A stretch of DNA of 41,711 bases from Chiloscyllium plagiosum (lineage: Eukaryota), in NCBI RefSeq assembly GCF_004010195.1, contig NC_057718.1, positions 23,724,532 through 23,766,242 of the forward strand, written 5' to 3'. Position numbers and translations under genes: made by a program. The notes under the pieces are model-generated. The model saw only the letters and a list, made by a program, of their open reading frames with translations, was not told where the DNA came from and searched no databases. Below, piece by piece: positions 23,945-36,481 of the stretch; position 1 is the stretch's first letter, and every line of letters starts with the position of its first letter.

Positions 23945-25480
23945 ATGGCACAATTGTGCGAGAAATCTGGAGAGGCCCATTCCAATGTTAGGAGCATCTT
24001 TTAAGCAAGTTCTGACATCAAGGCAATATTCTCACTAGGGAGCGGCGAAATGCCTATGAAGGGGTTTATTGCTTGTTTAAGATATTGTCAACTGCAAATC
24101 TCACTTCGTTTTATGCAGCATCTCATCCTATTGCCCACTGCAAGCAAACTCAACACTGACAATTCTCAACATGAAAGTCAGAGCAGGGACCTGGAGTCAG
24201 CTCATCACTGACTTCAAACATTCTCTATGTTCCTCACCACACAACAGTGTCTTCAGGCATGATCCATGGGCAACAGCCACACGCACACTGGTATGTGATG
24301 ATTACCACCCCTCAGGATTCCCATGGCACCTCTCCATTTCAGTTGCAGGACACTTAGGAAGCACAGACCCAGCATTGCATGGCACACTAGTTACTAGCTT
24401 TGAAAGGCTGCTGTAAGGACATAACACCAGCTCATGGTTTGGATCTGCCTGCATTTCAGGGATGCTCGCTTGCTCACACATGCTCACTTGCTCAGAGCCT
24501 ACCTGCATGCTCACAGCATTCCTGCCTGGCCTTATCAGTGAGCACTGTCACACAACCTGGCAGTTTGCCTTGCTGCTCAGCAGTCCTCGGTCATGTCAAC
24601 CTTGTTGTTCAGCAGAGTGAGGTCAATCTCCCACCATGGGTGAGGAGCATACCCAGCAAACAGATTGCATGTGCAGCAAGCAAGCAGCCATGGCTCAATG
24701 TCATCTGGGAATGGTCCTCACTGAAATCCATGGAGACACCCCTTAGTAAGAGGCTCCTGGCACAGAAAGGGGCAACTCCAAGTACCAATCCAGGGCCATA
24801 GTCAGGCATCCAGTCAGGATGTACTTAGGGAGGAGGTCCATGCCTCTGCTGTCCAGGGAGTGGGTCACAGTCAATCCTGTAGCTCCATATTGGCCAGTCC
24901 AGTGAGGTGTAGAGAAGTGAGTGAAGAGTGGGTTAAGGCTAACTGAGTAGGGAAGATGTCCAGGTATTAGTGAGGGGTGGGGACACTCCTAGCCTGGGGA
25001 GAGCCTTCGGATTGAGATCATTTCCCCTTTGTGCTCTACATTGGTTCCACAATTTGCAGCCTTCTGGCCACCTCCTCCTCACCATGGATGTGCAAGCATC
25101 AGGACAGTCTAAAGGCTCCACTGTGTGTTTGAAAAGAGTCTGATACAATCTCCATCCACCACCACCTTCTTGGCTCTTTGAACAACTTATCATTGCGGCA
25201 TAAATGTCAGAATGGTCTGATTGGGCAGAATGGCCTGTTTCTATTCAATATCTGTGATGCAATGTTATATAATTAATGGGGAGGTTAGGGCCTGGAGACG
25301 CAAATGGTCACCTTATTGCCTCATGACCTTTGGCAATAAACACGAGCACTGACTTGGAAGAGTGCTGTCACCAGGCACCATATCCCTGCGGTGAATGCTC
25401 TAAAGGTTATTGGATAATTCAGGAGAAACGGTGCAGCCATGTGGCATTAGGTGCTGTTTTTCTGAAGCCAGAAATTGTCA
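23945..25480. mobile_element. Unclassified degenerate repeat, possibly a Harbinger-like DNA transposon remnant
   Basis: 24320-24475 is homologous to 37234-37405; minus-frame WNQCRAQRGNDL is weakly reminiscent of Myb/SANT 'WxQCRKKxNDL'. Confidence 0.3.
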
Positions 25481-27458
25481 GGGATTACTCTGCCAAGCCC
25501 TAAGACTGACATAGGCACAGGCACAGTATCACCCCCTTTAAATTGTGTGTGCGCATACACTCAGTTTCAAGCGGATGTGGCCCGTGGGGAGATAGGAATC
25601 AGGGAAGAAGAGGAGAGGAATGGGACTCAGAAGGAGGGGAGTATTGGCTCCTGGAAAGTGGGGAGAAAGGGGAGATCAAGACCCAGGGGAGATTGCGTCG
25701 CGACCTCAAAGGAGTTGAGAGGAAAGAGAGCTGGGAGGGCAACATGAAAGAAGGAAACACAGGGGGAGATGGCCTCCTGGGTCCTCCTTGTCTCCCTCCA
25801 ACCCCATGGCTTCTGGCTTCTCTTCCCTCCTCATCCCACATCCAGCATTCCCTCTTCTCCCTGCTCAAATCCATCTTAAAATTGCATGATCTTCCCTGTA
25901 AATCCTACACGATGATGTATTGTTTGGAACCATGCGCACATGCTTTCCAAAAATGTGCAATGTGCTCACATGCGTAGTTGCCTGCAGTTACAGATGTCAG
26001 CAAACATGGCAGAACGGTGACAAAATCAGAAATCAGGTTGGGCAGCCCCTGTGGAGAGAAAACACAGTTAATGTTATGGGTCCAGTGACCCTTCTTGAGA
26101 ACTGCCTAAACATAATGTGGTTATTCCCATCCTGCCAATCCCTTCATTCTCCACCTCCTTTTCCTCTGTGATTGCAATACGTCCTCCCCTGAATTTAATT
26201 TACTGTCAGTCTCGGTGACCTTATATGGGTCGTCCTCAATCTGACGAGCTGTGAGGCACCAAATGACTGTATAACTATTGTGCAAAAGTGATTATACTTC
26301 TACTACCTTGGCGACAAAGCACTTTGGCAAGTTCCTTCTCTCCTTCTTCTTTCCTTCTGTCATTCCTTCCTTCATTCCTTCCTCTTGATTCATGCATTCC
26401 GTATTCTTCTGTTATGAACTGACATTATTTTGCCATGAGCTAGTCAATAATAATAACATTGATCATTAATTACATAATTTTTTTTCATATACACACACTA
26501 GTGAAAATTGCTTTTGCGTTTGCAGGTGTAGCTGTATATTTAAAGTTATGAGCCCAGTCCCTGTAGATGCCAAATGACGATTTGGGGATATGTCAAAGCA
26601 AAACTGTGGTTGCTTGCAGAGAGGTGTCTGAAAAGTCTTTCTGTATGCTATGTACATGGTGATTTGAGATGCATGGCTGTCAGTCCTACGTTTGAATGAT
26701 GGTCTGTTTTCGTGCGAGCGTACCCCTATAAATTTGAGACATGATGTGGAAATAGAGTGGGTTGGAACAGCCACTGATACTTGTGTCTCTCTCCATTGCA
26801 TATGTGGCTGAAATATTCTTAGTTATGAATTGGAGCAGATTCCAGGCCAAGCACTTTAACAGTGATTTACTAACATCTTTAAATAAGTTGTGGTTGGGGA
26901 TGTGCAGGCTCAGCTCACTGTATCTATTAATCTTCCTGATATTTATTTTTTGTCAGTGAGCAGCTCTCAGGGTAAAGTCATCTTACCTCACATCATGAGA
27001 GTTGGCTGCGTAATTTAGTTCAGGAAATGTCTGTGGAAAATTAGTAGTCAGCTTACACTATTCTTCAGCCTTTAAACAATTAGAAGCCTGAAAGATACAA
27101 TATGCAATGGGTGAAACGACAATTTAAAGTTTCCTTGAAGAAGACAGGATCTCTTTTTTGTTTTTATACAGCAATTCTATGTTGTAGATTTTTAAATTAT
27201 TTCCCCTGCAGAGGTCTGTGGTGCTGTGTCCCATCTTTAAGCCAGAATCTCTGGGTTCAAATTCCAGGCTGTGATGATAGTAGACAGTGTATGTATAATG
27301 TGGCAAGTGCATTGGTTACCAACATGGTAGCCTTCTTATACAACATTGCCAGGCAATAAGAGCAGAAAGATGTCTTGGTAGGGCATGTTTGTTACAGAGC
27401 AGACTCTGGTGACAAGCTGTTTCAGGAGAATCTAACCATACAAATAGACATAAACAAG

Positions 27459-27675
27459 ATTAAAAATCACACAACACCAGGTTATAGTCCAACAGGTTTA
27501 ATTGGAAGCACACTAGCTTTCGGAGCACCGCTTCTTCATCAGGTGGTCGTGGAGGCCACAATTGCGGCGCTCCGAACACTAGTGTGCTTCCAATTAAACC
27601 TGTTGGACTATAACCTGGTGTTGTGTGATTTTTAACTTTGTACACCCCAGTCCAACACCGGCATCTCCAAATCAT
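27459..27675 (+). mobile_element. PLE-derived palindromic mini-element (family B)
   Basis: Near-perfect arms taaaaatcacacaacaccaggttatagtccaacaggtttaattggaagcacactag / ctagtgtgcttccaattaaacctgttggactataacctggtgttgtgtgattttta; perfect 12-bp TSD gacataaacaag (27447-27458, 27676-27687). Confidence 0.9.
27510..27546 (-). ncRNA. Minimal hammerhead ribozyme-like motif (family B)
   Basis: Minus: cac-CTGATGA-agaAGC-ggt-GCTcc-GAAA-GCTA-gtg; one stem II mismatch. Confidence 0.6.
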
Positions 27676-28983
27676 GACATAAACAAGTGTTTTCTCTGCT
27701 TCACATCACTAAGGCACAAGATAGCGTTTAAGTCCTAAGTTATTTCCCCCAGTTTGATATTGTCACCAATCAACACTTTCTGCTATACAAATACTCCTGG
27801 GTTCTCTCTCTCCCACTCCTGCCACTGTCATTGGCATTTATTGGATTGGACTCAAACTATTTGATCTCATTATGAATGCACCTTCCTTGACCATCAAGTC
27901 CTAAGGTGGGATTTGAAACTAGAGCTTTTGGCACAGAGGCAGGGACACGAACATTGTCGCACAAGACCTCCTTACTTTGGCAGTAGTGCAACTTAAATAT
28001 ATGGAAGCCTGTGTGTATGGCAACTGATGGAAAATCAAATTCTGGCAGTCATGCAGGAAGGAAGTATGACACATGCATTATGTATTAGCCTACCATTAAC
28101 TTAGATCACCTATGGACACATCAAACTTAATTCCAACATTAGAAGGGGACTGATACAACCGGATAACTGTGAATGTAACTTCAGTGGCTGTCCAGAGAGA
28201 AAGAGAAGCCTTGGAATGTTACATTTGGTATCAAGGAATCTTCAAAGCAATTAACCTAAAAGGAAGAAAGTAGACTAAAAACTCAATAACAATCCCCTAC
28301 AAGTTACCTCAGACTATGAACATGATAAATGAAAAGATAGCAATCTGGTTGAGGGACATGTTTTGTTAATAATACGCAAGAACACAGGTCAGTATTAAAT
28401 TCAACCCTAGTGTGTGTACTAGTGGATGCAGGTATGCTTGTCAGCTGAGGTACTCGTGTACTAGCCTGGATGTGAGCATTAGTGAGTCATAGGGTCACAG
28501 TTGAAGAACAACCTGCTGGTCAGTCCTGTACAATTGGTAAAGGACTGTATGGCTCTCAGAGCTAGAAGTCAGTTCGCCAGCAAGCCAATCAGAAGAAAAC
28601 GGGACAAAAGAATTTCAGCCACGTGCAAAACCAAGAATCTCAAAATCAACTGCTCAACTATCAACATTTCATGACTATTCTTCACGATTGACCCAGAGAC
28701 TTAATCTTTTACCTTTCAGCATTTTCTATACTCACTTCTCATTTCCAGTGTGTCTGTGTGTGTATGTGTGTTTGTGTGAGTATTGTTCATACTGTTTCTT
28801 ACATTTTGAAACAAATAGATTCACTCTTCAGTTTGCTGAAGGACAACCGGTTAAGTTGGCTCCCTTTAAAACATAAATTAATATTGACTGAGGAGAAAGG
28901 TATCCTGAAGGGAAGGGATTTGACCTTATGGTGACCGACCAAGGATGAACAAATAAGGGAAACCAGTTCATCCACTTCCCTGC

Positions 28984-29112
28984 CCCCTCACCTCGCCTCC
29001 CCTCACCTCGCCTCCCCTCACCTCGCCTCCCCTCACCTCGCCTCCCCTCACCTCATCTCCCCTCACCTGCCCTTACCTCACCTCGCCTCAGCTCACCACA
29101 CCTTACCTCACT
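28984..29112. repeat. Tandem repeat, 15-bp unit (ccctcacctcgcctc)
   Basis: About four perfect units followed by degenerate ones. Confidence 0.92.
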
Positions 29113-29819
29113 TCAGGACTTGACAATTTGAAGAATCCTACTGGAACTATAATAATTTGGGGAACTGTTTCTAGGATCTGCTGTTAACACTTAACATGGG
29201 ATAGCATGGATCTTCAGAACACTTTTAAATGCCATGAATATTTATTGTTTCTATTTTAAAATGTTTTATGCATTTTTCTTCCACCAATTTCGCTGATGCG
29301 AAATCCTATATTCTATGTTCTAACAGCCCTTGAAACAAAAGGTGTACTAACCTTTCCCTTTGTTCTTTTGGTAATTATCATCAATTTATGTGTCTTGTCG
29401 CAGCCTCACTGGCCAGTGAATTTTTCTTCCCTTTTTACTTTACTGTCAAAATTGTGGAAACAGATTATTTCAGTTTCTCTATTCTCAGAATTGATGCAAA
29501 TGTAAAGGTCTGAGGAGGGTGTGGAATTCATATTATAATGTCCCTTCTTTACATATTGAGAATAAAAAATCAGACCAGTCAGCTGTAGTAAGATGAGGTC
29601 TACACACGAGTCAATAGCTGCAGACTTCATTGAAATAACTATATACAGAGGAAGACATCTTATATGGAACTTGACAGATTCAGGCTCTTGTTCTACGTGA
29701 TCTCATGTCACCATGACATAAATCCCTAATATACATGCTCAGTAACAATATCCAAAGTAAAGGGAGCATGCCCTTTTCTTTACACTAACCATCATCCAGG
29801 CTCTGGATTTTAAAAAACT

Positions 29820-30190
29820 GCAGAAAGCTGCAGCACAGAGGAATTTGAAGATCTTTGTGGATGAATACAAAAAGCTAGCACCCAGGTTCCGCAGTAATAG
29901 TAAAGGCTCATAGAATGTCAGCCTTTATTCCAAAGGGTATAAAAATAAGGAGGTCCTGCTAAAATTTTACAAGGCATTAGTCAGACCACACTTAGATGAT
30001 TGTTTACAGTTTTGATCCCCTGATCTAAGGAAAGATATATTAGCATTGAAGGCAGTTCAAAAAAGATTTGACAAGGTTTGGAGGGATTTTCTTATGAGGA
30101 GAGGTTGAGTAGATTGGGCTTCTACTCATTTGAGTTTAGAAGAATGAGACATCATTGAAACATATACAATTCCTCACAGACTTGACACAA
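29820..30190 (+). mobile_element. CR1 RT C-terminal fragment
   Basis: ttttacaaggcattagtcagaccacacttagatgattgtttacagttttgatcccc...tcttatgaggagaggttgagtagattggg. Confidence 0.8.
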
Positions 30191-31163
30191 TGACACTTCT
30201 TATAGAATGTGTACTCCTCAGATCTGAAAAACTGTTAGGTCTTTGGCTTGAAGACAGTTGACTTGATCCTATACTTGACCTTGAGAGGTCTGTATATCAT
30301 TGTCATCTTGACATTCCTCATTGGGTTTACTCCAATCAATTATTAACATATAATTATTTCCATAAAAAGGGAAAGTTCCTAAGGTACCTTCGTCCAAATC
30401 TCTCAGTCGCATAAACAATATATGGTCACTGCTAATCTGCTGCATCTTTAGTGACTGTATCTTTCTTGTTAATATTGATTCCAATTGTCAATGGCCCAGA
30501 TATACCAACCATCATGGGCAGTGGTGTCAATTATATTCGAAGACTGTTTCTTCCTGCATATTGAAGAACTGTGGGAATAACTGCGTGGTCAATCTCTTTG
30601 ATACGATAAGCAGTTAAGTCTTTGTTTTTTCCCATCAGCAATTCCAACTGCACTAAACCACACTGGGGTAGGATGGGTCAGCAATTTAACAATGCTTTGT
30701 AAAACTCAGAATTTTTCTTCAAAAACAGCTTCACCTTCTGGACCTTGCTTTCGGTTTCCCCATTTGATTCTGGAAATCTCAGTGAACTTGCCACATGTTC
30801 CAAAACAGAACTGGCTGCAATTTAATGAATGCCATGATAGCAGACTGTGGTCCAATGGTCTGACCACATTCATGTACTATGTGTAACAAATATTTCATGC
30901 AAGACCCTGATAAATGCGTCTGTGGTGATGGTATCTGGCCACCATGAAAAACAGTCAACAGCAAAAGTTAAGATTGTCTAGCAAACATAAACAGTTCTGT
31001 TCCCGCTGTCTGCTCACAAAAGTGTCAGGTATCAGTGATTCTTGCTGTTCAAGCCCCTGAAGAGTACCAGTTTCAGAATCAGCTGATTTCCTTTAAGATC
31101 CCAGGCTACCATATTGTTACGCAAGCTGTGGCTTTGCACTTGGCAAACCTGCTCTGTCCCTGG

Positions 31164-31366
31164 AGAAAGTGAGGACTGTAGATGCCAAAGTTCAGAATTG
31201 AGAGTGTGGTGCTGGAAAAGCACAGCAGGTCAGGCAGCATCCGAGGAGAAGGAGAATTGACATTTTCGGCAAAAGACTGATGAAAGTCTTTTGCCTGAAA
31301 TGTCGATTCTCCTGCTCCTCGGGTGCTGCCTGACCTGTTGTGCTTTTCCAGCACCACACTCTCATT
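31164..31366 (-). mobile_element. PLE-derived palindromic mini-element (family A) nested in Gypsy
   Basis: Arms gagagtgtggtgctggaaaagcacagcaggtcaggcagc / gctgcctgacctgttgtgcttttccagcaccacactctc around aaaagaCTGATGAaagtctttt; TSD ctg(c/t)tctgtccctgg at 31149-31163 and 31367-31381. Confidence 0.88.
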
Positions 31367-31473
31367 CTGTTCTGTCCCTGGTCTGTCTTTCTAGGTTATG
31401 TTGCCACAGTAAAGCTGGAATAACCAGTCTTTCACCAAACACTAGTAAGTCATCTACAGTCGTGAAATGCTGT

Positions 31474-31575
31474 TGATGCTCTGAAAGCTCGTGCTTCCAA
31501 ATAAACCTGTTGGATATAACCTGGTGTTTGTTAACTTTGTCTGCCCCACTCCAACACCCGCTCCTCCAAATCATT
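31474..31575 (+). mobile_element. Single-arm family B PLE 3' end, degenerate
   Basis: gctctgaaagctcgtgcttccaaataaacctgttggatataacctggtg...ctccaaatcat. Confidence 0.75.
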
Positions 31576-31637
31576 CTCACCATTGTTATCTTGTGGTATT
31601 ATGCAACCGTGGGCATCTCTGCTGCCATGTTGTATGT

Positions 31638-31884
31638 ACAAACACATCGAGTTAGACCCCATCTACCACCCCCTGAGAAAAGGAACAGGAAGTGACTTCA
31701 TCACAGGAAATGACACCACCACAGGAAATGACATCGCCGACCCAAAGAAACCCAAACATATAAATAGAAAGCAGGAATTTTCAGCATTGCTTCACATGTG
31801 GCTCACTGAAGATGTTATCTAGTAAGGTAACGAAACGTCTGGAAATGAACCTCCAACCTCAGCAAGCAAACCTACATCCAAAAC
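31638..31884 (+). mobile_element. Penelope-like element 3' end (family C)
   Basis: KHIELDPIYHPL resembles a PLE ORF C-terminus, followed by an HHR motif. Confidence 0.75.
31802..31843 (+). ncRNA. Minimal hammerhead ribozyme-like motif (family C), core intact
   Basis: tca-CTGAAGA-t-GTTATCT-agta-AGGTAAC-GAAA-CGTC-tgg; 7-bp stem II, palindromic ACGT, GUC triplet. Confidence 0.7.
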
Positions 31885-33446
31885 GTACTGTGATTACCAA
31901 ATACTACAGGCTTGTGGTTGTGGTGGTTTCCTTTCACCATTCCCTTTCCTTGAATGGTCTAGGCAGGGACTTACTTACAATGATAGAGGAAAACAACTAA
32001 TCTTAGTGAGAAAATGTCCTTTGCTTAAATAAGAGATAGTTTATTACATTGCAGCAATCCGGTACAAGCTGCATTAGCAAGATAGACATTGTTGCTGAGG
32101 CTATGAGGAGACCTGGATGATAGATCTGTCTTCTTTGCAGACTTTTTTCACTTTATTCGATGTTATACAAATTGACAATACACACAACACTATAATAGTT
32201 AATTATCAAAAAACGACAAAGAAACGGGGTCTCGAAAACAAATGTCTCAAGTCACCCCCCCATAACCAACAGGGAGAACAGTACACAGAACCAATAAAGT
32301 AAACAATACTACAGTCCTCCAAATACAAACACATGGCAAACAGCCAAAAAACAGTGCATAAAAGGAAACCACATGCCAACATCCCCAGCAAAATTAACTC
32401 TCCCCAGAGAAACACAAAATGCAATATCTTTGCAATCATAAGCTGTTCTGCTTTTTCCCTATCAAAATCCTTATGGCAGCATCTGATTGGATAGAACTTA
32501 ATACATTTTCCAACATTAACCCTTTAAGAGCCATTATAGAACACAGATCGGGTCTCAGTTATGTCATTGATTCTCAAGTTAGTTGATTTAAAAACTTTTA
32601 GCTTTCTTGAGCAGAGGTTTGAAATTCACAGCCCTCAAATTGTCTTACACTGCTTCTATATACAAACACACTTTAATGATTGCAATCAGGGCCTCTGCTA
32701 TGTTCTCTTTGATTTCTTTCAACATGCAAGGATACCTGACAGCACGGTACAGAATCTCTACACCACCCCATGCTAACCCCACCCCCACTACCACCAACAG
32801 CACCCACCTTCAAACCTCAAATCCTTCCCACTACCATATCATGTTGTGAAAAATCTGGTGACACTTCTGTAATATTTCCCATTCTGTGACTGTCTTGACA
32901 TCTTGAAGATTTTGCATTTGCAGTAAAAGAAAATATCTAGGCTCAAAATACAGAAAGGAAAAGTAACATGCCAAAATATGTACAGAGCAGTTTCACATTC
33001 AGTATGTATATACAGAATATTTATAGAGCAGGATGTCCTCATTTGGAAATATTTAGAGTAGTTCCACAGTCAAAAATCTGCATGTGGAAATATTTACAAA
33101 ACAGAGGCTGCAGAAATGTCCCAAGAAACAGAGAAGCCTCCAGTACAGAACAAGACTGTATAGTCTTGTTGTATTTGTGCTAATATTTTACTATGTTTAT
33201 TCCAGAGGAGAACGGACCCCACCGTCTTGCATTTTCCACTCTTCCCAATGCTTATCCATATCGTGCTGCTAATAACCTCACCATGAATCAATCCAGGCGG
33301 CAAAGCTTTCTGTGCACCACCATCCCCTGAGTAAAGACATTTCTTCCAATCCCTGTCTCCATGTGACAGTGGCAACTTTAAATTGTTAACTTTATGGATT
33401 CCCCAGGCAGAGAAAATAGTCATTTCCTGTTCATTGCATTAAAGCC

Positions 33447-34722
33447 ATTTGTGGGTAAGATCCTAGAATCCATTGTGAAGGATGAGATTTCTGAATACTT
33501 GGAAGTGCATGGTAAAATAGGGCAACGTCAGCATGGTTTTATCAAGGGGAGGTCATGCCTGACAAATCTGCTACAATTCTTTGAGGAAGTAACGAGCAGG
33601 TTCGACCAAGGAGAGCCAATGGACTTCCAAAGGCCTTTGACAAAATGCTGCACAGGAGACTGCCGAGTAAGTTAAAGGCCCATGGTGTAGAGACAAGGTG
33701 CTGGCGTGGATAGAAATTGCTGTCTGGCAGAAAGCAGAGAGTGGGGATAAAAGGGTCCTTCTCAGAATGGCACCCTGAGAAGTGATATTTTGCAAGGCTC
33801 AGTCTTGGGACCACAACTTTTCATTTTATGCATTAACAATCTAGATGAAGAAACTGAAGGCATTCTGGTTAGGTTTGCAAATGATACAAAGATAGATAGA
33901 GGACAATGTAAGGAGGCTGCAGGAGGATTTGGACAGGTTAGGTGAGTGGGCAAAGAAGTGGCAGATGGAGTGCAACGTGGGAAAGTGTGAGGTCATGCAC
34001 TTTGGTAGGAGGAATGGCATGGCAGAAAGTTCAGAAGTCTGAAGTGCAAAGAAACTTGGGAGTTCTAGTCCAGGATTCTCTCAAGGTAAACTTGCAGGTT
34101 GAGTCAGTAGTTAGGAAGGCAAATGCAATGATGGCATTTATTTTGAGAGGGTTTGAATATAAAAGCAGGAATGTACTTGTCAGGCTCTATAAGGCTGTGG
34201 AGTATTTGGAGTATCGTGTGCAGATTTGGGTCCCATATCTCAGGAATGATGTACTGGTCCTGGAGTGTGTTCAGAGGAGATTCATAAGAATGGTTGCAGG
34301 AATGAAAAGCTTAACATATGAAGAACATTTGAGGATTCAGGGTTAAACTCAATGGAATTTAAAAGAATGAAGGGGGATCTAGTTGAAACATACAGAATAC
34401 TGAATGGCCTGGACAGAGTAAATGTTGGGAAGATGTTTCCATTGGTAAGAGAGACTAGAACCTGAGGGCACAGCCTTAGAGTAAAGGGAAGACTTTCTAG
34501 AATGGAGATAAGGAGAAACCTCTTAAGACAGAGAGTGGTGAATCTATGGAATTCACTCGTGCAGATTTAAGACTGAGATTGATAGGTTCTTGAGTATCAA
34601 AGGAATGAAGGGTTATGGGGAGAAAGCGAGAGAATAGGGTTGAGAAACTTATCAGCCATGATTGAATGGTGGAGCAGAGTCGATAGGCTGAATGTCTTAA
34701 TTTCTGCTCCTATGTTTTATTA
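33447..34722 (+). mobile_element. CR1 LINE RT and 3' end, degenerate
   Basis: VGKILESIVKDEISEYLE...QHGFIKGRSCLTNLLQFFEEVT; FANDTKI; VRKANAMMAFILRGFEYKSR...; 3' tail cagccatgattgaatggtggagcaga. Confidence 0.93.
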
Positions 34723-35112
34723 TGGTTTTAAAATTTTAAAAACTTTTACTGCTCCTCATTCCAGCCCTCCATGCCTCAGTGGAAACAATGCCAGTGCTTG
34801 GATTGTTCTCAGTTTTGACACCATACTGATTCTTGAATATCGTCCATGCCTTTCAGAAAAATACAACAGCTCCTGGCCTAGCTTCATTTCAGTTTTTAAA
34901 AAAATGCCACTCTTGTTTTCAAGTCCCTCTGTAGCTTTGCTCCTCACAATCTTTGTAACTCCTTGGAGTCATGCAACGATCAGATCCCTGCGCCCTTCCA
35001 ATTCTGACCTCCCGCACTCTCCCAAATTTAATCACACCACGACTGCCAGCCATGCTTTCATTTCTCTAGATCCCAAACTCTGGAATTCTCTTTGTAAATA
35101 TCTCTGTCACTG

Positions 35113-35115
<3 letters not shown>

Positions 35116-35154
<39 letters not shown>

Positions 35155-35172
35155 TCTCTCCCTCTCTCTCTT
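35116..35172. repeat. (TC)n microsatellite within an L2 3' tail
   Basis: Direct reading. Confidence 0.95.
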
Positions 35173-36301
35173 TCTTCCTTTAAGACACTCTTTCAAAGTT
35201 ACTTGTTCAGTAACAGTTGCGTTCAGTAACAGTTGCATTGTAGTTTGTGTCAAACTTTGTTTGATTGCTCTCCTGTATAGCAGCTTGGTACGTCCAGTTA
35301 CATTAAAAGGTTTTAGATGAACACAAGTTGCTGTTGTGCATAATTTAGTTGCTGCATCTTGTGCATTGTAGTAATGACAGACAAGATCTTTAATTGGGTG
35401 TAAAGTACATTGGGACATTCTGAGCCCTTTAATGGAATTGATATGATTACAAAGTCCTGCTTTTACATCAGCAGGATAGAGATGCATTTGGAAATGTTGT
35501 CCTCGTTATCTTCAAAATATAGATATTCTGCTAATAATTCATTTGTCTAGATGGATGAATTTTTCTGTTTCATTTTAATTCCCCTGATTAAAATTGTAAA
35601 GGTTTTCTACCTCAACATTTTGCTGGTTATGGAGTAGTCATTGAAAGATTTGGCAAGTCCATATAATGGACTTGCATGGTCTAAAAGGGGGCGGGGGGGC
35701 ACCAATCAAAATCCTTAATTGACAGAAGTGTTTGTAGAGAAACAAAGTCATGCATTCACCTTCACTGAGAATATAAATTTAAAGACTTGAACAGAGAAAT
35801 CAGCAGAATGGAATGACCATTTGGTTATTTACTTAGAATAATCTAAGAGGTCTTTACATGAATGGAAAGAATATATGTTTCACAAATGCACATTATTGTT
35901 GGTGATCAATGTTTATGGAGATGTTTTAAAAATCTATTGGATAAAGAGGAGAAATGAATGGCATGTACGTGGATTGCAGGAAAACATTTTACATTAAAAC
36001 CATGTGTTCAGAGCTCGTCACTTGTGAAAAAGACAATTCAAATAGCAAGGTGGGTGGTTCAGGGTGGACTGCAAAGTCTAATGTTCACATTGTGCCTGTG
36101 TTCAAACTTGGTAACCACATTTCAACAAGAATTGGATAGTATGAGACAGGTTGGTGATGTGTTGAGGACAGGTGGGAGGGAGGATGTTGGAGTTGGGTGG
36201 GGTAATGATCATAAGTTTGAATCCTGTATACTGGGGACTGAGTTATGAGAGAATCGTTTGTATCTGAAATAGGAAAAGATAAGAAGTGACTGTTAGTTCT
36301 G

Positions 36302-36481
36302 ATTTGGAGATGCCAGTGTTTGACAGGGGTGTACAAAGTTAAAAATCACACAACACTAGGTTATAGTCCAACAGGTTTAATTGAAAGCACTAGCTTTCGG
36401 AGCGCTGCTCCTTCATCAGTTGGAAAGCTAGTGCTTCCAATTAAACCTGTTGGTCTATAACCTGGTGTGGTGTGATTTTTA
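36302..36481 (-). mobile_element. PLE-derived palindromic mini-element (family B)
   Basis: Inverted arms around tcatcagttggaaagctag; perfect 13-bp TSD actgttagttctg (36289-36301, 36482-36494). Confidence 0.9.
36388..36422 (-). ncRNA. Minimal hammerhead ribozyme-like motif (family B), core intact
   Basis: Minus: CTGATGA-a-GGAGC-agc-GCTCC-GAAA-GCTA-gtg; stem I disturbed by the inversion junction. Confidence 0.62.

Larger units (their letters stand above)
30480..31635 (-). mobile_element. Decayed Gypsy/Ty3 LTR retrotransposon pol (integrase region)
   Basis: Minus-frame pieces: HFTTVDDLLVFGERLVIP; QGQSRFAKCKATACVTIW*PG (zinc-finger region); TIGPQS; RFPESNGETESKVQKVKLFLKKNSEFYKALLNC*...QCGL...ELLMGK. 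Confidence 0.8.

Noticed and set aside
25475..25977. Overlapping ORFs of 90-144 aa
   Set aside because: Purine-rich then pyrimidine-rich low-complexity sequence that is naturally stop-poor; no domain recognised.
27375..27675. Opposite-strand ORFs sharing the peptide KNHTTPGYSPTGLIGSTL
   Set aside because: A direct consequence of the DNA palindrome, not coding evidence.
28984..29112. CRISPR-like array
   Set aside because: Contiguous tandem units with no unique spacers, in a vertebrate context with no cas genes.
32140..32330. Minus-strand AATAAA plus A-rich tail
   Set aside because: Could be an L1/Tx1 3' end or a gene end, but there is no linked ORF to decide.
34640..35320. 226-aa ORF
   Set aside because: Runs across a CR1 tail, an L2 tail and a (TC)n tract; a chance open frame in repeats.
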